Shown here one piece after another: positions 13,888 to 30,019 of a stretch of DNA of 64,000 bases. The number at the start of each line of letters is the position of its first letter. The stretch's first letter is position 1. Location: contig CM052825.1 of the NCBI GenBank assembly GCA_028534125.1, positions 6,634,001-6,698,000 of the forward strand, read 5' to 3'. Made by a program: the position numbers and the translations under genes. Source of the stretch: Lama glama. Taxonomy: Eukaryota. The notes under the pieces were generated by a model that had not been told where the DNA came from, ran no database searches, and was given only the letters and a program-made list of their open reading frames with translations.

Positions 13888-13936
13888 TATTCTGAAGTCC
13901 ATGGAGTTCGCACCGTCCGAAGGAGCTGGCACCCAG
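13888..13936 (+). CDS. CUX1: CUX1 exon 13 (N-ILKSMEFAPSEGAGTQ), 49 nt
   Basis: Acceptor ttcgcag|, donor CAG|gtaccg. AA from exon 12 plus T gives Asn. Confidence 0.97.
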
Positions 13937-14654
13937 GTACCGGGTCTCACTTTGCTTTCCGTGTGGGTGAGCGTCCCCTCGCTGCTTCACAATCATGATG
14001 TTTCTATGCGACTCCTCGCCCACAGCTGACGAGTAACTCCTCAGGAATAGCTACCCAAGTGAAAGTAAATTCTCTTCAATTAAAAAGGGGCAAGAAGAGA
14101 AAATTCCATTAGTGTTTTCCAAGCCGGTAACTCGGTTCAAGTGAAATTGCAGGTGCTAAGAACATGGAAAGAAATGGTTTCAGGTTGTGTTAAAGGTCAG
14201 CCCGGGTGGCTTGGCCCAGGGACCCTGATCGCCTGCCTCACGTGAACGAGACACGGGGCTAAGATGACAATGGCACATGGTAACCCGGTGGCCAATTAGA
14301 ATTTTAAGTCCTCACATTAGAATCCCGCTCCAAAATTCCAGAAGACAGCAGACTCTCGGTGACTGGCAGCAAAAAAGGTCCCCTTTGCAGGAGACTTCTG
14401 GCAGGTGTGTGGCTCGGCAGCCTGTCCCATGGCCAAGAGGTATAGGTTTAGATTCTCAGACTTGGGGACAGAACAGAGAATAGTTCGCTGTCTGGAAACT
14501 GTGAGCCTAGAAGGAGAAAAGTTACTTCAACTGAAATGAGTTATTCTGGAGAGGAACTCATGTAGGGAGCATCCTTGGGGGTCCGATTTCTGTAACAGGT
14601 CAGGGTCAGGAGAGGCGGGTGGGAAAGCCGCAGGGTGGGGGTTGTGGGGTCCAG

Positions 14655-15045
<391 letters not shown>

Positions 15046-15756
15046 TTTTCTGATCTCTTCCTAGTTGTGCGGCCTCTCCTGTGGCGTTTCCGGGGCAGCC
15101 CCTGCCCTTCCCGGCCGGCTCAGTGGAGCTTTTCTTCCTTTGTCAGGTTTTCCTTGGGAACGCCTCCCCCATCCTTAGCCTTTCTTTGCTCGTCCCAAAG
15201 TGGTGGCGTCACTGACTGCTTCGGGTTTTGGCAGCTGGTAAAGCGTTTGAGAGTGTCTCGGGCTCCGGTGATATTTCATTCTTAAAATGTGCGTGCCTTC
15301 GATCGAGTGGACTCGGTGCAGTGCATTCGCCTCAGAGCAAGTGGTGTGCGAATCCGTTGGTCCCAAAATGTCAGTGTTTGCTGCTCCTCAGGTGGGGCCC
15401 TTCTGGTTAGAGCTCGAATGCTAGAGGCCCGATGAGAGGCCCGCGACCTGTCGACTCTTTACTGTGTGTGGTACCGGCTCCTTGTCACGTTAGGAGTTTG
15501 ACTCTATGTCAAGGGGAACTCTCCAGGCTGCAACGTACAAGAAAGGTGCAAACATGAAATGCATGTTGCTTGTTTCGGGGGGCCTCGTTTGGCTAACTTA
15601 AAAATTCAATCGAAAAACAAACCAACACACCTCATTGGCCCTGGTAAAATCTGCACTTTTTTTTTTCCCTTTTGCGGGGCACACTTTGCATTTTGGTCTT
15701 GGTTTTTTTTCCCTTTTGAATCCCCCATAATGCATTATGTTTGCCCTTCCTTGTAG

Positions 15757-16580
<824 letters not shown>

Positions 16581-17462
16581 TGAGCTCGTAAAGCTGTTAG
16601 ATTTGGGAGATCTGGCCTCGGAAACTCGCTCAGCACCTCACATAGTAAACTCGGTAACAGGGAATTACCTCACGCGTGACGTTTTCTGACACGTTTAGTG
16701 CCCAGAGGTCCTTTCGGCCTTGGCTGCTGGCCTCGGGGTGGGAGAGGCCCGTGGGTACCATCCAGCCCTAGAGCCGCAGCATCCTCGTGCAGCACCGTCT
16801 CCGTGGGGCAAGCAGACCAACCGCGTGCCCCGGCCTCCCCTCCGCACGGTGGGGCAGGCAGTATGTCCCGCGGTCAGCTCACGCCCAGTGTTTCCACTCC
16901 GTTAGTGATTTGTTTAGCGTCACGAGCAACCCACGCCTGCCTTGAGTAAAACACATGAAAGCTTTATTAAAACACCCTTCCTGCCCCACCCTCCATAAAG
17001 ATTAAAAAATCCGTCACATCCCTGATTGCAAGAATTCCTTCCCTCTTTAACAACAGGGATCGTTCTGCCAAGTCAGCAGTGACAGAGAGAGGGACTCTTA
17101 GCAGACACATCTGACATACCCTGAAATTTTAGACTCAAACGGAGAGGGGAGACAGCATCAGTTTGCACAAAGGACGTGGTGGCCTCTTCTGGCGATGTTA
17201 ACTGAAATTGACTGTCTTTGGATGATTAATGTGAGCTTTGTTCCGGGGCTGGTGGGCGATTCGCTGGGCGGCAGAGCTCCCTCCATCTGACCCTCGTGGC
17301 GTTGCTGCCGTCGGCCGCCCCTTACGTCCATCTGATCTCCTTTGTCAGCAGAGCTGTGGCCTCTGCCAGCCGGTCGGTCAGGGAAGGGCCTCTCAGAAGT
17401 TTCTAGTGACTCCCGAGCGGCACAGGAAGCCCTGAGCCCTCTCTGTAGTGACAGGCAGCTCA

Positions 17463-17634
17463 NNNNNNNNNNNNNNNNNNNNNNNNNNNNNNNNNNNNNN
17501 NNNNNNNNNNNNNNNNNNNNNNNNNNNNNNNNNNNNNNNNNNNNNNNNNNNNNNNNNNNNNNNNNNNNNNNNNNNNNNNNNNNNNNNNNNNNNNNNNNNN
17601 NNNNNNNNNNNNNNNNNNNNNNNNNNNNNNNNNN
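17463..17634 (+). CDS. CUX1: N-run that probably hides CUX1 exon 16 (66-nt cassette, human [22 protein letters not shown])
   Basis: Inference only. The peptide is not found in the visible sequence between exons 15 and 17, and this is the only masked block there. Exact boundaries are not visible. Confidence 0.6.
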
Positions 17635-18854
17635 TTGCAGTTAGTAACCTAGGAAGCAGCATGTCCTTAGCTGTGTATTTGGGTTAAAACTGTACAGTGT
17701 GATTCTGGCCTGGAACCTGATGGAAAAACAGAGCTAGTAAGTATAAAACAAAGCACGGGTTCAAGTACGCACAGCCCCTTCCTCCCGAGCTGCCCGCCGC
17801 GCTCTCCCGAGCGCAGGAGAGGCGGGGAGGAGGCGGCACCACTCAGCATTAGCCCCTCAGTACGAATCCCAACCCCCCTCAGATTCAAATTACGCCTTTC
17901 CTCGTTTTCTCAGAAGCAGGTGAAAGAATAACATTTGTTGCTCTGAGAAAAAGTCAGGTGACTGAGTCCAGTGAGATGCTGCTGCTTCCTTGTACCTCCC
18001 TGAACCCTGAACTCTGTCGAGGGTGCTACCGAGTAGACAGGCTCCAAGGGTCACCAGTTCTCCCGCGGGTCCTGGCCAGCCAGCCCCCACTGCCCTCCTC
18101 GGAGTCGCATCTTTAATGGGGTTTTGTCCTGGTGGTTGGCTTGTTTTTAAATGGTTTAACGTGGAGGTTCATATTTAGTAAGGTAGTGAAAATTAAAACA
18201 CGTGGACGGCTTCCAGGAAGGCCGGGGGCCAGCCCCGGGCCGTAGTGGCTTCAGTGCATCTGTACGTGTGGCTGCTCAGCAGAGCATCACCATGTGACCG
18301 AAAGACTGAATTGTCCTTTAGGAGATGTCCGCAGGCTTCTCTCCTTGTTCATAAATTTTCAAAAGACAGTATGTGATAAGAGACCCGAAAATTTTTAACT
18401 TAAGCCTTCAGCCTCTTCACCTTGTGCATGCAAACGTTTGAGAGAGAACCAGCCTCAACCCTTTGCCCTCCCGGCCCACTTTTCCCCTCTGGGATACCGG
18501 CCTCAAGTACATGTACAGAGCCTTGAGCGGAGTCCCAAGCCAAAGCAGTTGGAGTTGCTTTTAAATGACTCACCAAAAAAGCATTGCCTTTTAATCCTTC
18601 ATCTTTTTTTATACTGGATGAAAAGATTTGCTCTCCCTGGTCCCAACCTGCGGGTGACATCCAGCTTGGGGAACTTGAGAGCTTGTCCCACCGGCCAAGT
18701 ACTATTTGATGCCAGGTGGAGTCAGCAGGAAGCCCTTCCTGCCCGAGGCCACAGTACCCGCTGTGAAGTTGCACACACAGCAGGTACAGATAAACAGGAG
18801 GCCATGCCCACCTCCTTGTCATCACCTCAACTCGGGAGCTATTTAGCAGAATGA

Positions 18855-19064
<210 letters not shown>

Positions 19065-20260
19065 TAGTTACAGCAATTGTCATGAGCGCTCTGGTCAGCA
19101 GTAATGAACTGTTTGTTTGTTTGTTTGTTTAAACAATAGAATGCATGTTTTCAAGCATTTAGGCAAGTGCAGCAAGGAGCAGGTCTGCATGACATATATT
19201 TTGCTAATAGTTACCATTCTGTCTTATGTCATTCCCTAGCATGGACTCAAGAATGTACCCCTGGCCTAGAACCTCCGTGACTTAAATTAGCAAGTAGTTT
19301 GTATCAGATTCCCTTTTTTAAATGCAATACAGGCTTTTGGTATTTGGATAGATGCTTGACTGAACACTGGTGAAAGATAAATTCTTAACAGTGGCTTTAT
19401 GAAACAAATGTTGCCCAGGGGGAGCAGGAGGTTTTAAAGGATGGATGTCCACCTCTGCAGTCAGTCTGCCCCAGGAATCGGCCCTCAGAGCTCCCTGAGA
19501 GCTGCCTCATCTAAGAGGCGAGAACTCTCACCTTTCAGCTTTTCCCCAACTGAGCTTTGATTGAGAGGCACACCATGCTGTAAACTCAGCTCAGACCTTC
19601 TGTTGGTGAGGAAACCAAGAGCCTGAGTTTTCTTCCTGGGGTTCAACACAGACACACACCTGCCCTGTGCCCACAAAGCCCCTGCTCTGCGGAGTCCTTC
19701 CCCCGTGGGTCTGGTCGCGAGGCCCCGCCAGGCCTGCAGCCGTGACAGCTGAGCACTTGCCACCACCTGGCCACCCCCCCCTAGGTTCCTGAGCTGGGAC
19801 CTGCCCACTGCCCACTGTGGTCCCTCCCTCGCCCTCCCCCTTGGTGGCCACACCATAGTCACCCATCCAGAAGAGAATCTGAGCTAACCAAACCACTAGA
19901 ATTTTGCAGTAGAGCACATGAGAATGTTAACGTTTAAAATAATCGGGGAAGAGAGCCTAAGATGGTGTCACGGAGCATTTGCACGCATACCCCCCATCAC
20001 ATGATCCTAAGTCCCTTCAGTTGGTGTGTCACGGAGGCCGTAGGGTCACAGGGCAGTAGTGTGAGCCCTTTGTATCACTGCTCAGACAGGATGCATGAAT
20101 GTTTCACGACCAGGAAAATGTTGGAAAAATAGAGCAGCGCGGTTCTCCCGAATAATCTGCATTCGGTGGCAGGTCAAGTGAGGAGGAAGTGGAGTGAAAA
20201 AGCACGTTCCTGACTGAGGGGGGTTTCTGCCACCGCCTCACCTCTGTGTTTGCTCCGCAG

Positions 20261-21090
20261 CAGAGCCGGCCCAGCCCTCCTCCGCGTCCAGCAGCGGGAA
20301 CTCCGACGACGCCATCCGCTCCATCCTGCAGCAGGCCCGCCGCGAGATGGAGGCCCAGCAGGCTGCCCTCGACCCCGCCTTAAAGCCAGCACCACTGTCG
20401 CAGACTGACATCGCCATCCTGACCCCCAAGTTAATGTCCCCCTCGCCCATGTCATCGGTGTCCAGCTACTCGCCGCTCGCCATCTCCCTGAAGAAGCCCC
20501 CCTCGGCTCCCGAGGCCAGCGTCCCCGCTCTGCCCAACCCCCCGGCCCTGAAGAAGGAGTCCCAGGACACGCCGGGGCCGGACCTCCAGGGGGCGGCCGA
20601 CGCCGCGCAGGGGGTCCTGCGGCACGTGAAGAGCGAGCTGGGCCGCAGCGGCGTGTGGAAGGACCACTGGTGGAGCGCCGTCCAGCCCGAGAGGAAGAGC
20701 AGCGCTCCTCCCGAAGACGCCAAGGCCGAGGAAGCCGGCGGCGGGAAAGACAAAGGGGGGGGCAGCCAGCCGCGGGCCGAGCGCAGCCAGCTCCAGGGCC
20801 CCTCCTCGTCCGAGTACTGGAAGGACTGGCCCAGCGCCGAGTCGCCATACTCCCAGAGCTCGGAGCTGAGCCTGACCGGGGCCAGCCGCAGCGAGACACC
20901 CCAGAACAGCCCTCTGCCCTCCTCCCCGATCGTGCCCCTGTCGAAGCCCACCAAGCCCTCGGTTCCCCCGCTGACCCCCGAGCAATACGAGATCTACATG
21001 TACCAGGAGGTGGATACCATCGAGCTCACCCGGCAGGTGAAAGAGAAGCTGGCCAAGAACGGCATTTGTCAAAGGATCTTTGGGGAGAAG
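20261..21090 (+). CDS. CUX1: CUX1 exon 18, 830 nt, linker plus N-terminal half of CUT repeat 2
   Basis: Acceptor ccgcag|CAGAG, donor AAG|gtaagg. Translates AEPAQPSS...WKDHWW...[27 protein letters not shown]. The exon is CpG-rich. Confidence 0.97.
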
Positions 21091-21289
21091 GTAAGGGATT
21101 CCGTTCGGGGGCCTGGGTTTTCCGGTCTCTTCATTGCTCAAGATGGAGTATCTGTATCTGCCTGGAGGGTGCAGCCAACACCCACGTGATTAACCAGAGA
21201 GCATCATGGGGCGTCCATTCCCAGACTTCTAGGGATGCTGGCCAGTGAACGTCCCATTTGCTGCATCCCCTCTGGGGGCCAGGTTCCAG

Positions 21290-21440
21290 GCAAGCCTCTC
21301 TCACCCACTGTGACCCCTCATCACACTGTGAGGCAAGTGGCAAAGTCACCATTTGACAAATAAGGAAACTGAAGCTTGGGGAAGTTAACTGTGTGCTCCA
21401 AGCTGGCAGGTGACCAAATTCAATCCTGTCCCCACTGCCA
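21290..21440 (-). mobile_element. MIR fragment
   Basis: catttgacaaataaggaaactgaagct...gaagttaa core. Confidence 0.6.
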
Positions 21441-22614
21441 GGTGGAGCCCAGAGGCGCCTCTACTGCCTGTTTCAGTCAGAGGATCTGATCTGATCACAG
21501 AGAAAGCCAGCCAGCATGCAGAGACCAGAGGGCACTGGATAGAAACAGCAATGTGAAGCGTATTTGCACCTTTCTCATAATTCAGAAGGTGCTCGGATAT
21601 TGTCCAGTCAGAGGGGTGGAGCAAGTTTCCAGGGATGCACAGCTAGAGGTAGCCCAGGCAGAGCTGCACAGGGCCCAGGCTGAGCCCAGGAGTGGCCCTG
21701 AAGACCCTTGTTTCCACAGTGTCCTTCCCTGGCTCATGAAACTATGTGGGTTGTGGATGAGCTCCCAGACCCTTTCGGTTCTTGGCACATCCTGATCACT
21801 GAGATTCTGGATAATGGGGATTTACCAGGCCTGCAAAATATATTGTAAACATTATACCCTAGGATCATTTTAGATTAAGTGATGAATTGCTGAACATAAG
21901 GAGAAATGTTCCAGTCCCCTAAAAGACAGTTTTCCTGAGGGACATGTGGCCCAGTCAACAGTGGCCTCTGAGAGGCCCACATGGAACCTTTCCCCCCAAC
22001 TTTCTACCCCCCCTTACCAGGTCCTGCCCTCAGATTAATGTTTGTAATATACTAGGCTACAGATCCTTGCCATAGGATTGTGAACTCTTTGTCCTGATTT
22101 TGCAAAAGGTGATGGGGTGAACAGAAATGAGGATGAGAATTTAAAGTCCCTTGAAATTTCTAGTTCAGTGTTGTAAAAATATCATTTGAGAACATTTAAA
22201 TAGACATTTGTGCTCATGCCTTAAATTTAGCAGAGACTTAATAGCATTGAACTTGTTTGGCCCATGAGTGCAGTTTATTCTGGAACTTGAGAACTTTTCA
22301 AAGAGTGATCGGATGCAGCCCCTAAATATCTCTGGGCTGCATCTGTGTCCTGTGGGGGGTGTTTGTGCCCATACATATGTATGGCCATATGTGAGCGTAA
22401 GAAAAGTCGGGTGTGTGCATGCAACTTGTCGACCGTCTGCAGTGAGTTTCACTCCTAGGCTGGCTCCTCTGTCACCACTAGCTCACCTCTGGGCCCCTAC
22501 CACAGAGCAGGATGTGATCAGAAAGAGCAGACCTTTCTAAATGCCCCTCTGGCCCAACGCCAGCAAAGGGGATGGGCCCCTACATCCTGCCAGCATCCGT
22601 TGCTCCTACTCTAA

Positions 22615-23301
<687 letters not shown>

Positions 23302-23744
23302 TGAGAACTGCCCCCTTCCTCTGCGACCTGTTCCCAAGGGACTGACTTAGTTTTTAGGAGAGAGAAGATTGTGCCTAGCTAATTTTATAAGCAGCAGAAG
23401 ATGAGTTACCAATTAAGAAAATGCTGTTTATACATAAATATAGGTAAAAGTCAAGTAGCTAAATCAGGGACTCAGGAAAGAAAATCAGTCAAAGGCACAG
23501 AATGAAACACCTCACGGGTGACAGCTTCTGCCTGCTCCCCGACTGGGGCCCAGCTTTCTACCGGCAGCTTTGCCTACCTGCCTGGACGCCCCCCAATTCT
23601 GGGCCTCCCTGCAGGGAGTGGAGACCCTCCCCTGGGCCTTTGGGGCCCTCATGCCGGCGCCCCTCGGCTGCACCCAGCGTATTAGGAAGCTTTAAACCCC
23701 CCAGTTTGTTTCCTCGTTTAACTGCAACCCTTTCTCTTATTTAG

Positions 23745-23801
23745 TCCTCCACTCAGTGACGTCGCTACAGGACCCCCTGCAGCAGGGCTGTGTGAGCTCA
23801 G
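23745..23801 (+). CDS. CUX1: CUX1 exon 20 ([20 protein letters not shown]), 57 nt
   Basis: tttctcttatttag|TC...TCAG|gtaact; phase 1-1. Not in the ORF track; found by reading the sequence. Confidence 0.96.
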
Positions 23802-26800
23802 GTAACTAGCACGTTCTGTTGTTTTGTGTGAAATGTTTCCCTGCCTTTTATGTCTTCCTCTGGTCTATAATGGGGAGACTTGAAGGATCTATTGTTCTGG
23901 ATCCGGTGAGCCAAAAACACGGTATCCGCCTAGCGAACTGGGTTGCTCGAGGCCATAGTTTCTAGTGGAGAGGGAGAGGACGGCCAGCGGAGTGCAGGTT
24001 CCTCCGACGTTTTCCAGCTCCTAACCGAGTTCTTCATCACTTTGTCGGCTTCTAGGTGTGAAGCCCTGGGTTCGGGGCTGGAGCTCAAGTCAGAGACGGA
24101 TTCTTTGCTCAGGCAGTTTCCAGTGTTGTAGCAGGGGACAGGGGACAAGGAGTGGGCATTGCTCTTCCACTGGGGTCGGGGTAGGGGGATGTCGAGACCA
24201 TCTGGAAGACCTGGGGGTCGCAGTTCAAGCTGTGAGGCTCAGAAGAGGGGGACTGGGGTTGGAGTCCAGCCTGGGAGCAGGCGGTGGCGGGCCCAGAGCT
24301 CTGCCGAGGCACTGGGGCTGCTTCCTGCCGGCATCTGAGAGCCGCAAGTTCTGGTCTTTGAGGTCACACCTCTGCCCTGCGGACTCCTTCCTCACACCTG
24401 GACGCGGTGGCCCGGGCGGCCCGCGTGCCTGGCTCCTGGACCTTTTCCGTGTCCTTCCTGTGTTCCCGCTTGTGCCAAGCTTTTCCCACCCAGCTTTCGG
24501 GAGCAGTCAGCATCATGAGCCCTTCCTCTTTTTTCCTTTCTTTATTTTTCTAAACATGTTGATTAGTCTCCATATCCCATTGATTCATTGAAAACACAAA
24601 CAAAGCTAAGTGAGGAGCGTGGAGCCTGCCAGCCTGCTGGAAGTTTTACGAGAGAAAACACGTGTCATGAGGGGAACAGCTGGGCGGCAGCGCCTCCACT
24701 GCTTCGAAACACCCAACCCACACACAGATGCAGCCGGAGCGCGCTCACTGCTCACAGTTAAGTTCCCGGTTGACATTTTCGTGTTTTAGGTGTCCCATCT
24801 TGATGGGTGGAAGGCTGTATCTAACCCAAGCTGTTGGTTTTCTTGGCTGGACATATAAATGGAGTGGTTGTCCATCTAAGACGGATCAGGTGAACTTCCT
24901 TCTCACTGCCTTTCTGGGTTGGCCAATTTAATTAGCAATTACTGGAGAACTTACACAGCCCTGGCTCTCACTCAAAACACATTAGGGAAAATAATGGGCG
25001 TAGTTGTTTGTGCTAGAGCTTTGCGGACGTTTGCATGGAAAATGAGCCCTACCTCTTGCTCTAATGGAAAGCTGGCCTCCTCTTAAACTCTCCAAGAGTA
25101 TTTGCTGCCTCATCAAAGTTAGGGCCGAGCTTGGCAGAATGTGACTAACGCTTTTGAAATCAAAACCGCTTGTTCCTAACCAAAACAAGAAACCTCCTGC
25201 AGTTCCAGGTCGGTCATGATCAATGCCAAAATCTGTTCTGTGTCTGAACAAATCCTTGAAGGATGGCTTTTTACTTTTTACTGTATAGCAAGTAATGGCT
25301 ACCGTGCTGGAACCGTCATACGACAGTCACATTTCCAACCCAGGAGAAACTCACAGGGCTCCTAAGAGGGGTGTGAGTGATATTTGTAAGATACCAAATT
25401 ACATTATAAAACAAAGTGATGTAGAACGCTTGGTAGGGGAGTCTGCAGATTGGAGGAGGGAGGGAGGAGGGGGATGTGAGCCTCTGGGTCAAAGTGAGCG
25501 AGCGCTCTCAAACTCTCCCGCAGTTTCTGTGAAGAGGTGGCAGGCAGGCCTCTCCCTGTGTCATCTCAGCGAGATGGGAGGTGGGTTGCAGAGCCCTCTC
25601 AAAGCCCCTGTTGTGAGCCAGCAATAGGGAAGCCACCAGCAGAGATAATAATTATGGTGATTGTGGAAAAAAATGGGAAAATATTTCTTATATTCTAGGG
25701 AAAATATAAACTTTTTAATATGATGGTAGCTAAGCAAAAATGTTTCTTTAAATCAGGAAAAACTAGAAAGTGTTTGTTAAAATGAAAAGAAAGATTATCA
25801 TATGGGGCAAGCGTCTGGGTCGTAGCTATGCTTCTCAGTATGTGGAATTTAGATTTGAAAAATTGAATTCTGTTAGAATGATGAGTGTTGGTAAGTCATT
25901 GGGATGAATGACTGTAGGAGACTCCAGAATCTTCTCTGACAACTACAAAAATCATTGTCTGAGGAAGCATTCGGTATTGCTCCCCCAAAGGCAGGGGAGT
26001 GACACCTCTGGCCTGGGATTTCTCCAGGACTTTGATTCCCTGCTCTCACCGTGGCTCCCACGGAATTCTTCCAAGAAGCCCCCAGACCCAGAAAGATGCT
26101 GTGTCCTTGCTGGTGGCTCCTTTGAGGCCTCTGGCCGAGGTAGCTCAGCGAGTTGGAACCGGATGGCTACAGGAAGGTAATTCTAACCCTTGGTTGGTCT
26201 GTTTTCTGAACATTGGTGAGAGGCACTCAGTGTCTGAGAATCCAGCCTCTCAAACTGGCCTGGCCATCGGTTTAGCCTCCCAGGCATGGAAGGACTTTGG
26301 AAGGCTCACCTTCTGTCCTCAGCCCCAGTCTCATAGGAGAGGTCGTGTGGGTCTGATGAATGGCTTTGTGCTTAGTTACCACAGCGATGAGGTGCTCATC
26401 TCAACAGCAAGCTGCTGGCACGGGAATCTGTTTCCCTCACCCATCTTCCTCTTTCTGCCCAGCTCTGGCCCTCGGCGTCTCTGTTTCCCTTACTGATCTG
26501 TATGTCAGACTTGCCAGTCAGTTTGATGATGAAGGAGCGAGAAACTGGACTTGCTGTTGCATCGTCACCTTCCCCTCTTGGTGGATGTAACCATTTCTGA
26601 ATGTTCCTTTGATGATTTGAGCATTGGGGTGATGGCTTTGGACCTTAAGGAAAGTTGATGCCATTTTCAGCGAGTGACATATGCTTATTTTGAAGGCCGT
26701 TGAGGTCTTGATGAGGAGTAAGGAGAATAGAGGGTTCCGTGCCAATCATATGAGTAACTATAAGGAGAAAAAATGGTCTTTAAAGAATAGCTTTTCAGAA

Positions 26801-27176
26801 CCATTACCTGTCCTATCTTTCCTGGTAGCCTAGTTTTCTACAAACATCTTTGTGTTGGATTGAATCTTTCAAAGTCCCCATTGTCTCAGGTTGTCTTCGA
26901 CCTAAATGGCAAACCTATTTGAAGACAGAGTTGCAGGTAGTCCTTTGGGATTGGCTCTCTGCATCTCCCTTTTGTCCGTCTCCCATCCCAGCTATCTTCC
27001 ATCAGGTGCCCTGGCACCGCTTAGCCGTAGCGAAGCTCAGGGAAGTGGAGGAAGCACTCCCAGAAGGGGAGGGGTGGAGCCAAGCAGGACTGCTTTCCTC
27101 CGAGTGTGGCCTGTCGTCACCACTTATCAGTTAGCAGGGCATTTTTTTAAAGGAAGAAAACCTTGAGATGTAATGA

Positions 27177-27209
<33 letters not shown>

Positions 27210-27212
27210 GTG
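27177..27212. repeat. (TG)n microsatellite
   Basis: About 18 units with one TG to CG interruption. Confidence 0.95.
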
Positions 27213-30019
27213 TAGTTAGGTACACAGGTACATAGTTAGATATGATCTAGGATTGGATTTTTTTTTCCTTTTTCATTCCTTAGAGCTCATTTCATATTCA
27301 TGGTTCCTTGGTGTGATTAATCTTTTTGCCCCAAAGGAAAGAAGGAGACAAGAGGCAACTCTAAAAGAGGGAGAAAGAAAGGGCAAGGAGCAGGTTTTCC
27401 TGGATGCGGCTTAGTCATCATGTTACCGAGAAGTGAGAGAGAGGGGTCGCCTGCCTGCTGCACTGGGCTTTGCGACTTTCTAATGTGGGGGCATTTCGTT
27501 ACTGTCGCTAACAAACATCCACACCTGCTTCAGATGGATGATCGCAAGCCGTACAAATGACAGGATGGCCCAGTCTCCTCAGATTAATTATAAAATACCC
27601 AGCTTTTTCCCAGCATGTCATTCAAGAACGGTGGGGTCCGAGCCTCCTCCACGCATGGAGAATCCGCAGCTCCCGCCACGGAGCTCACTCAGCAGAGCAC
27701 CAGTGTCCCGCTGAGGAGCAGCAGCTGCAGCCCGTCTCTCACGTGGGCCGTCCCTGCGCGCCCCCTCCCTGACATGAGGACCACAGGACTGTCTACGCTA
27801 CGTGGCCTTACGCAGCCGGGAGATTCCCGCAGCCACAGGGCCCAGTTAGGGACAGGCCAGCCTTTTTTTTTAAATATGCATAATGGCGCTTGCTTGGGAC
27901 CCATGAAATGACCGGGAGAACGTGTCCATGGTTTCAGTGCTCTGACCTCAGCCGTAGGGCTCTGATGCAGCTTCCTCGTGTGAGCCATCCGTTCCTCAGT
28001 TTTAATGACTAAGTCAGGCTGGGGCGTTTGGACAGCACATTAATAGGAAAAGGAAGGGCTGTTTGTACCCCCAGAAAATTCCACGGCACCGTCTAAAGCA
28101 GGCAGAACTCTTCATTCAATACCCAGGACTAGAGCTGATTTGTTTTTTTTTCTCCTCTCTTTCATCGAAATAAATCAATGCAGGTTAACTCCTGGTGCTC
28201 TCTAAGAAGAATTATTCTAACCCTCAGTTATTTTGAATAGCTGAAAAGATTTGTATATACGTAACTGATTTATACATAGCCATAAACTACAGATCGAAAA
28301 CAAAAGCGAATTCTGGAAAGCCACGTGTGAACTAGGAAGTGCCCCTCCCTGCTCAAGGGGCCACTGCTCACATTTGTCCTGGGCTCAGCCCTCTGCACCC
28401 ATTCAGAGACCATGAACTTGGCAGCCAGAGGAACCAAGTGCCCCACTCACTTCTCTCTTTCTTGGTTGTAACCTGCATGAGGGCATTTTGATGTTATCGG
28501 GGGAGCCCCGAGGAGGGGCTGGGCCATGAAGGGCGAATGGGTCAGGGAGGAGAACCTTCCAGGTGGACGGCTCTGCAGGTACGAAGGTTCGTTGATGGGG
28601 GATGATGTGGCACGTGTGGAACCTTTGAGAAAAAGTGAAAACATTAGAAGCCCCTAATTCAGGGGCCTTTTATTTTTCTTTTAAAGTAACAGAAGGAAAG
28701 TGGGTTCTGGAAGAATTTTGTCTTTTCTTTATGGAGAATATTTTCGTTATTACTGCCTTAAGGCCTGTATAATAAGGAGAAAAGTGTGGGCGGCAGGACA
28801 GAAGGGGGCTCCTTGCTCCTCTGAGATGACCTCACTGACCTGCTCCCACGGCGGCATTGGGCCGCGGGATGCCTGACCTGCTGCATCTCACCCCAAAGCG
28901 CCCCTTGCCCCTGTGGGTGGCTCTTTCTTGAGAGGAGGTGGACTTCAAGAGCGTTGAGATGCGGGCTGAGGCTCAGCACACCCAAGCGTGGTCTCAGAGG
29001 AGGGTGAAGCGGTAGCTGGGCGGCCCCCGCTGGCCTGCAAGCTGCAGAGAAGGAGGACGCATGTCTCACAAGCGCCCTAGACAGGTGACTTGTCTGCGGC
29101 ACCTCCCTGGATCACCTACGGGCCTGCGCTGCTTTTTCAGCCTTCCTAGCCATGCCGAGCATTTGTGGGACTCCCTGTGGAGACTGGGCATGTGATCCTG
29201 AAACCACCTCCCTGTGACATTAACCCAGGAGGGAGAGGGAGCGCGGAGGCCCTTTTGCTCCTGTGATGCATTTGCAGGAGGTGGGGGTGGTGGATAAGCC
29301 AGGCCCTGCCCTGCCCGCCCTCCCCGAGAACACACTGCACCTGCAGGCCCCGCACAGGCATCCCTGGGGCGGCAGCCACTAAACAAGACGCCCACTCGAT
29401 ATTTTGTCTCAAAGCAGCAGATACTGTCATCATGATCCTTGGAAAAAGCTGCTCCGGCACAAAGCAGCCCCCGAGGGTCTCTGTTTCATGCGTGAGATTT
29501 GTCACTGTGCCTCTCCAAAAAAAGAGGAGAGAATCAGAGTAACCCAGGGTAAAAGATTTATTTGACTTTTTTTTAAATTATGGTTTGGGGAGGGGGTTGT
29601 ATAAGTAAAATGCATCATAGTTACAAAATGCAGGATTTCGAAGAGCTTACACCCTTTTTAAAAAATAAGTCGCCCGCCCTCCCTCATCCCCCGCCCCTAG
29701 GCGCTCTCCCCAGGCGTTCCTGTTCCTTTTCTTCAGAGAGTCTGTGCCCCGAGATACTTGGTCTGCACAGAAGGGAGCACACGGGGCTCAAGCTGTGCCC
29801 TGCTTTTCTCACCTGGCAATAGACTAGAGAATCTCCTCCCCTTTTCACTGCCGTAGGGAATTCCTCTGTCTGGACCTACCCTGTTTTAGTTAACCAGTCA
29901 CTAGCACAAGATATTTAGATTGACTTTAACAGCAGAGCCTAAGAAGCGATCCTGCAGTGACCAGCCTTGAGCACGCATGAGCAGCAGCAGGATGCGGTGG
30001 ACTCAGAGCGGATAGCACA

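Noticed and set aside
20174-21248. Long antisense and alternate-frame ORFs over exon 18 (241, 229, 197, 162 aa)
   Set aside because: These are expected shadows of a GC3-rich coding exon with few stops. They show no domain-like sequence or independent gene signals.
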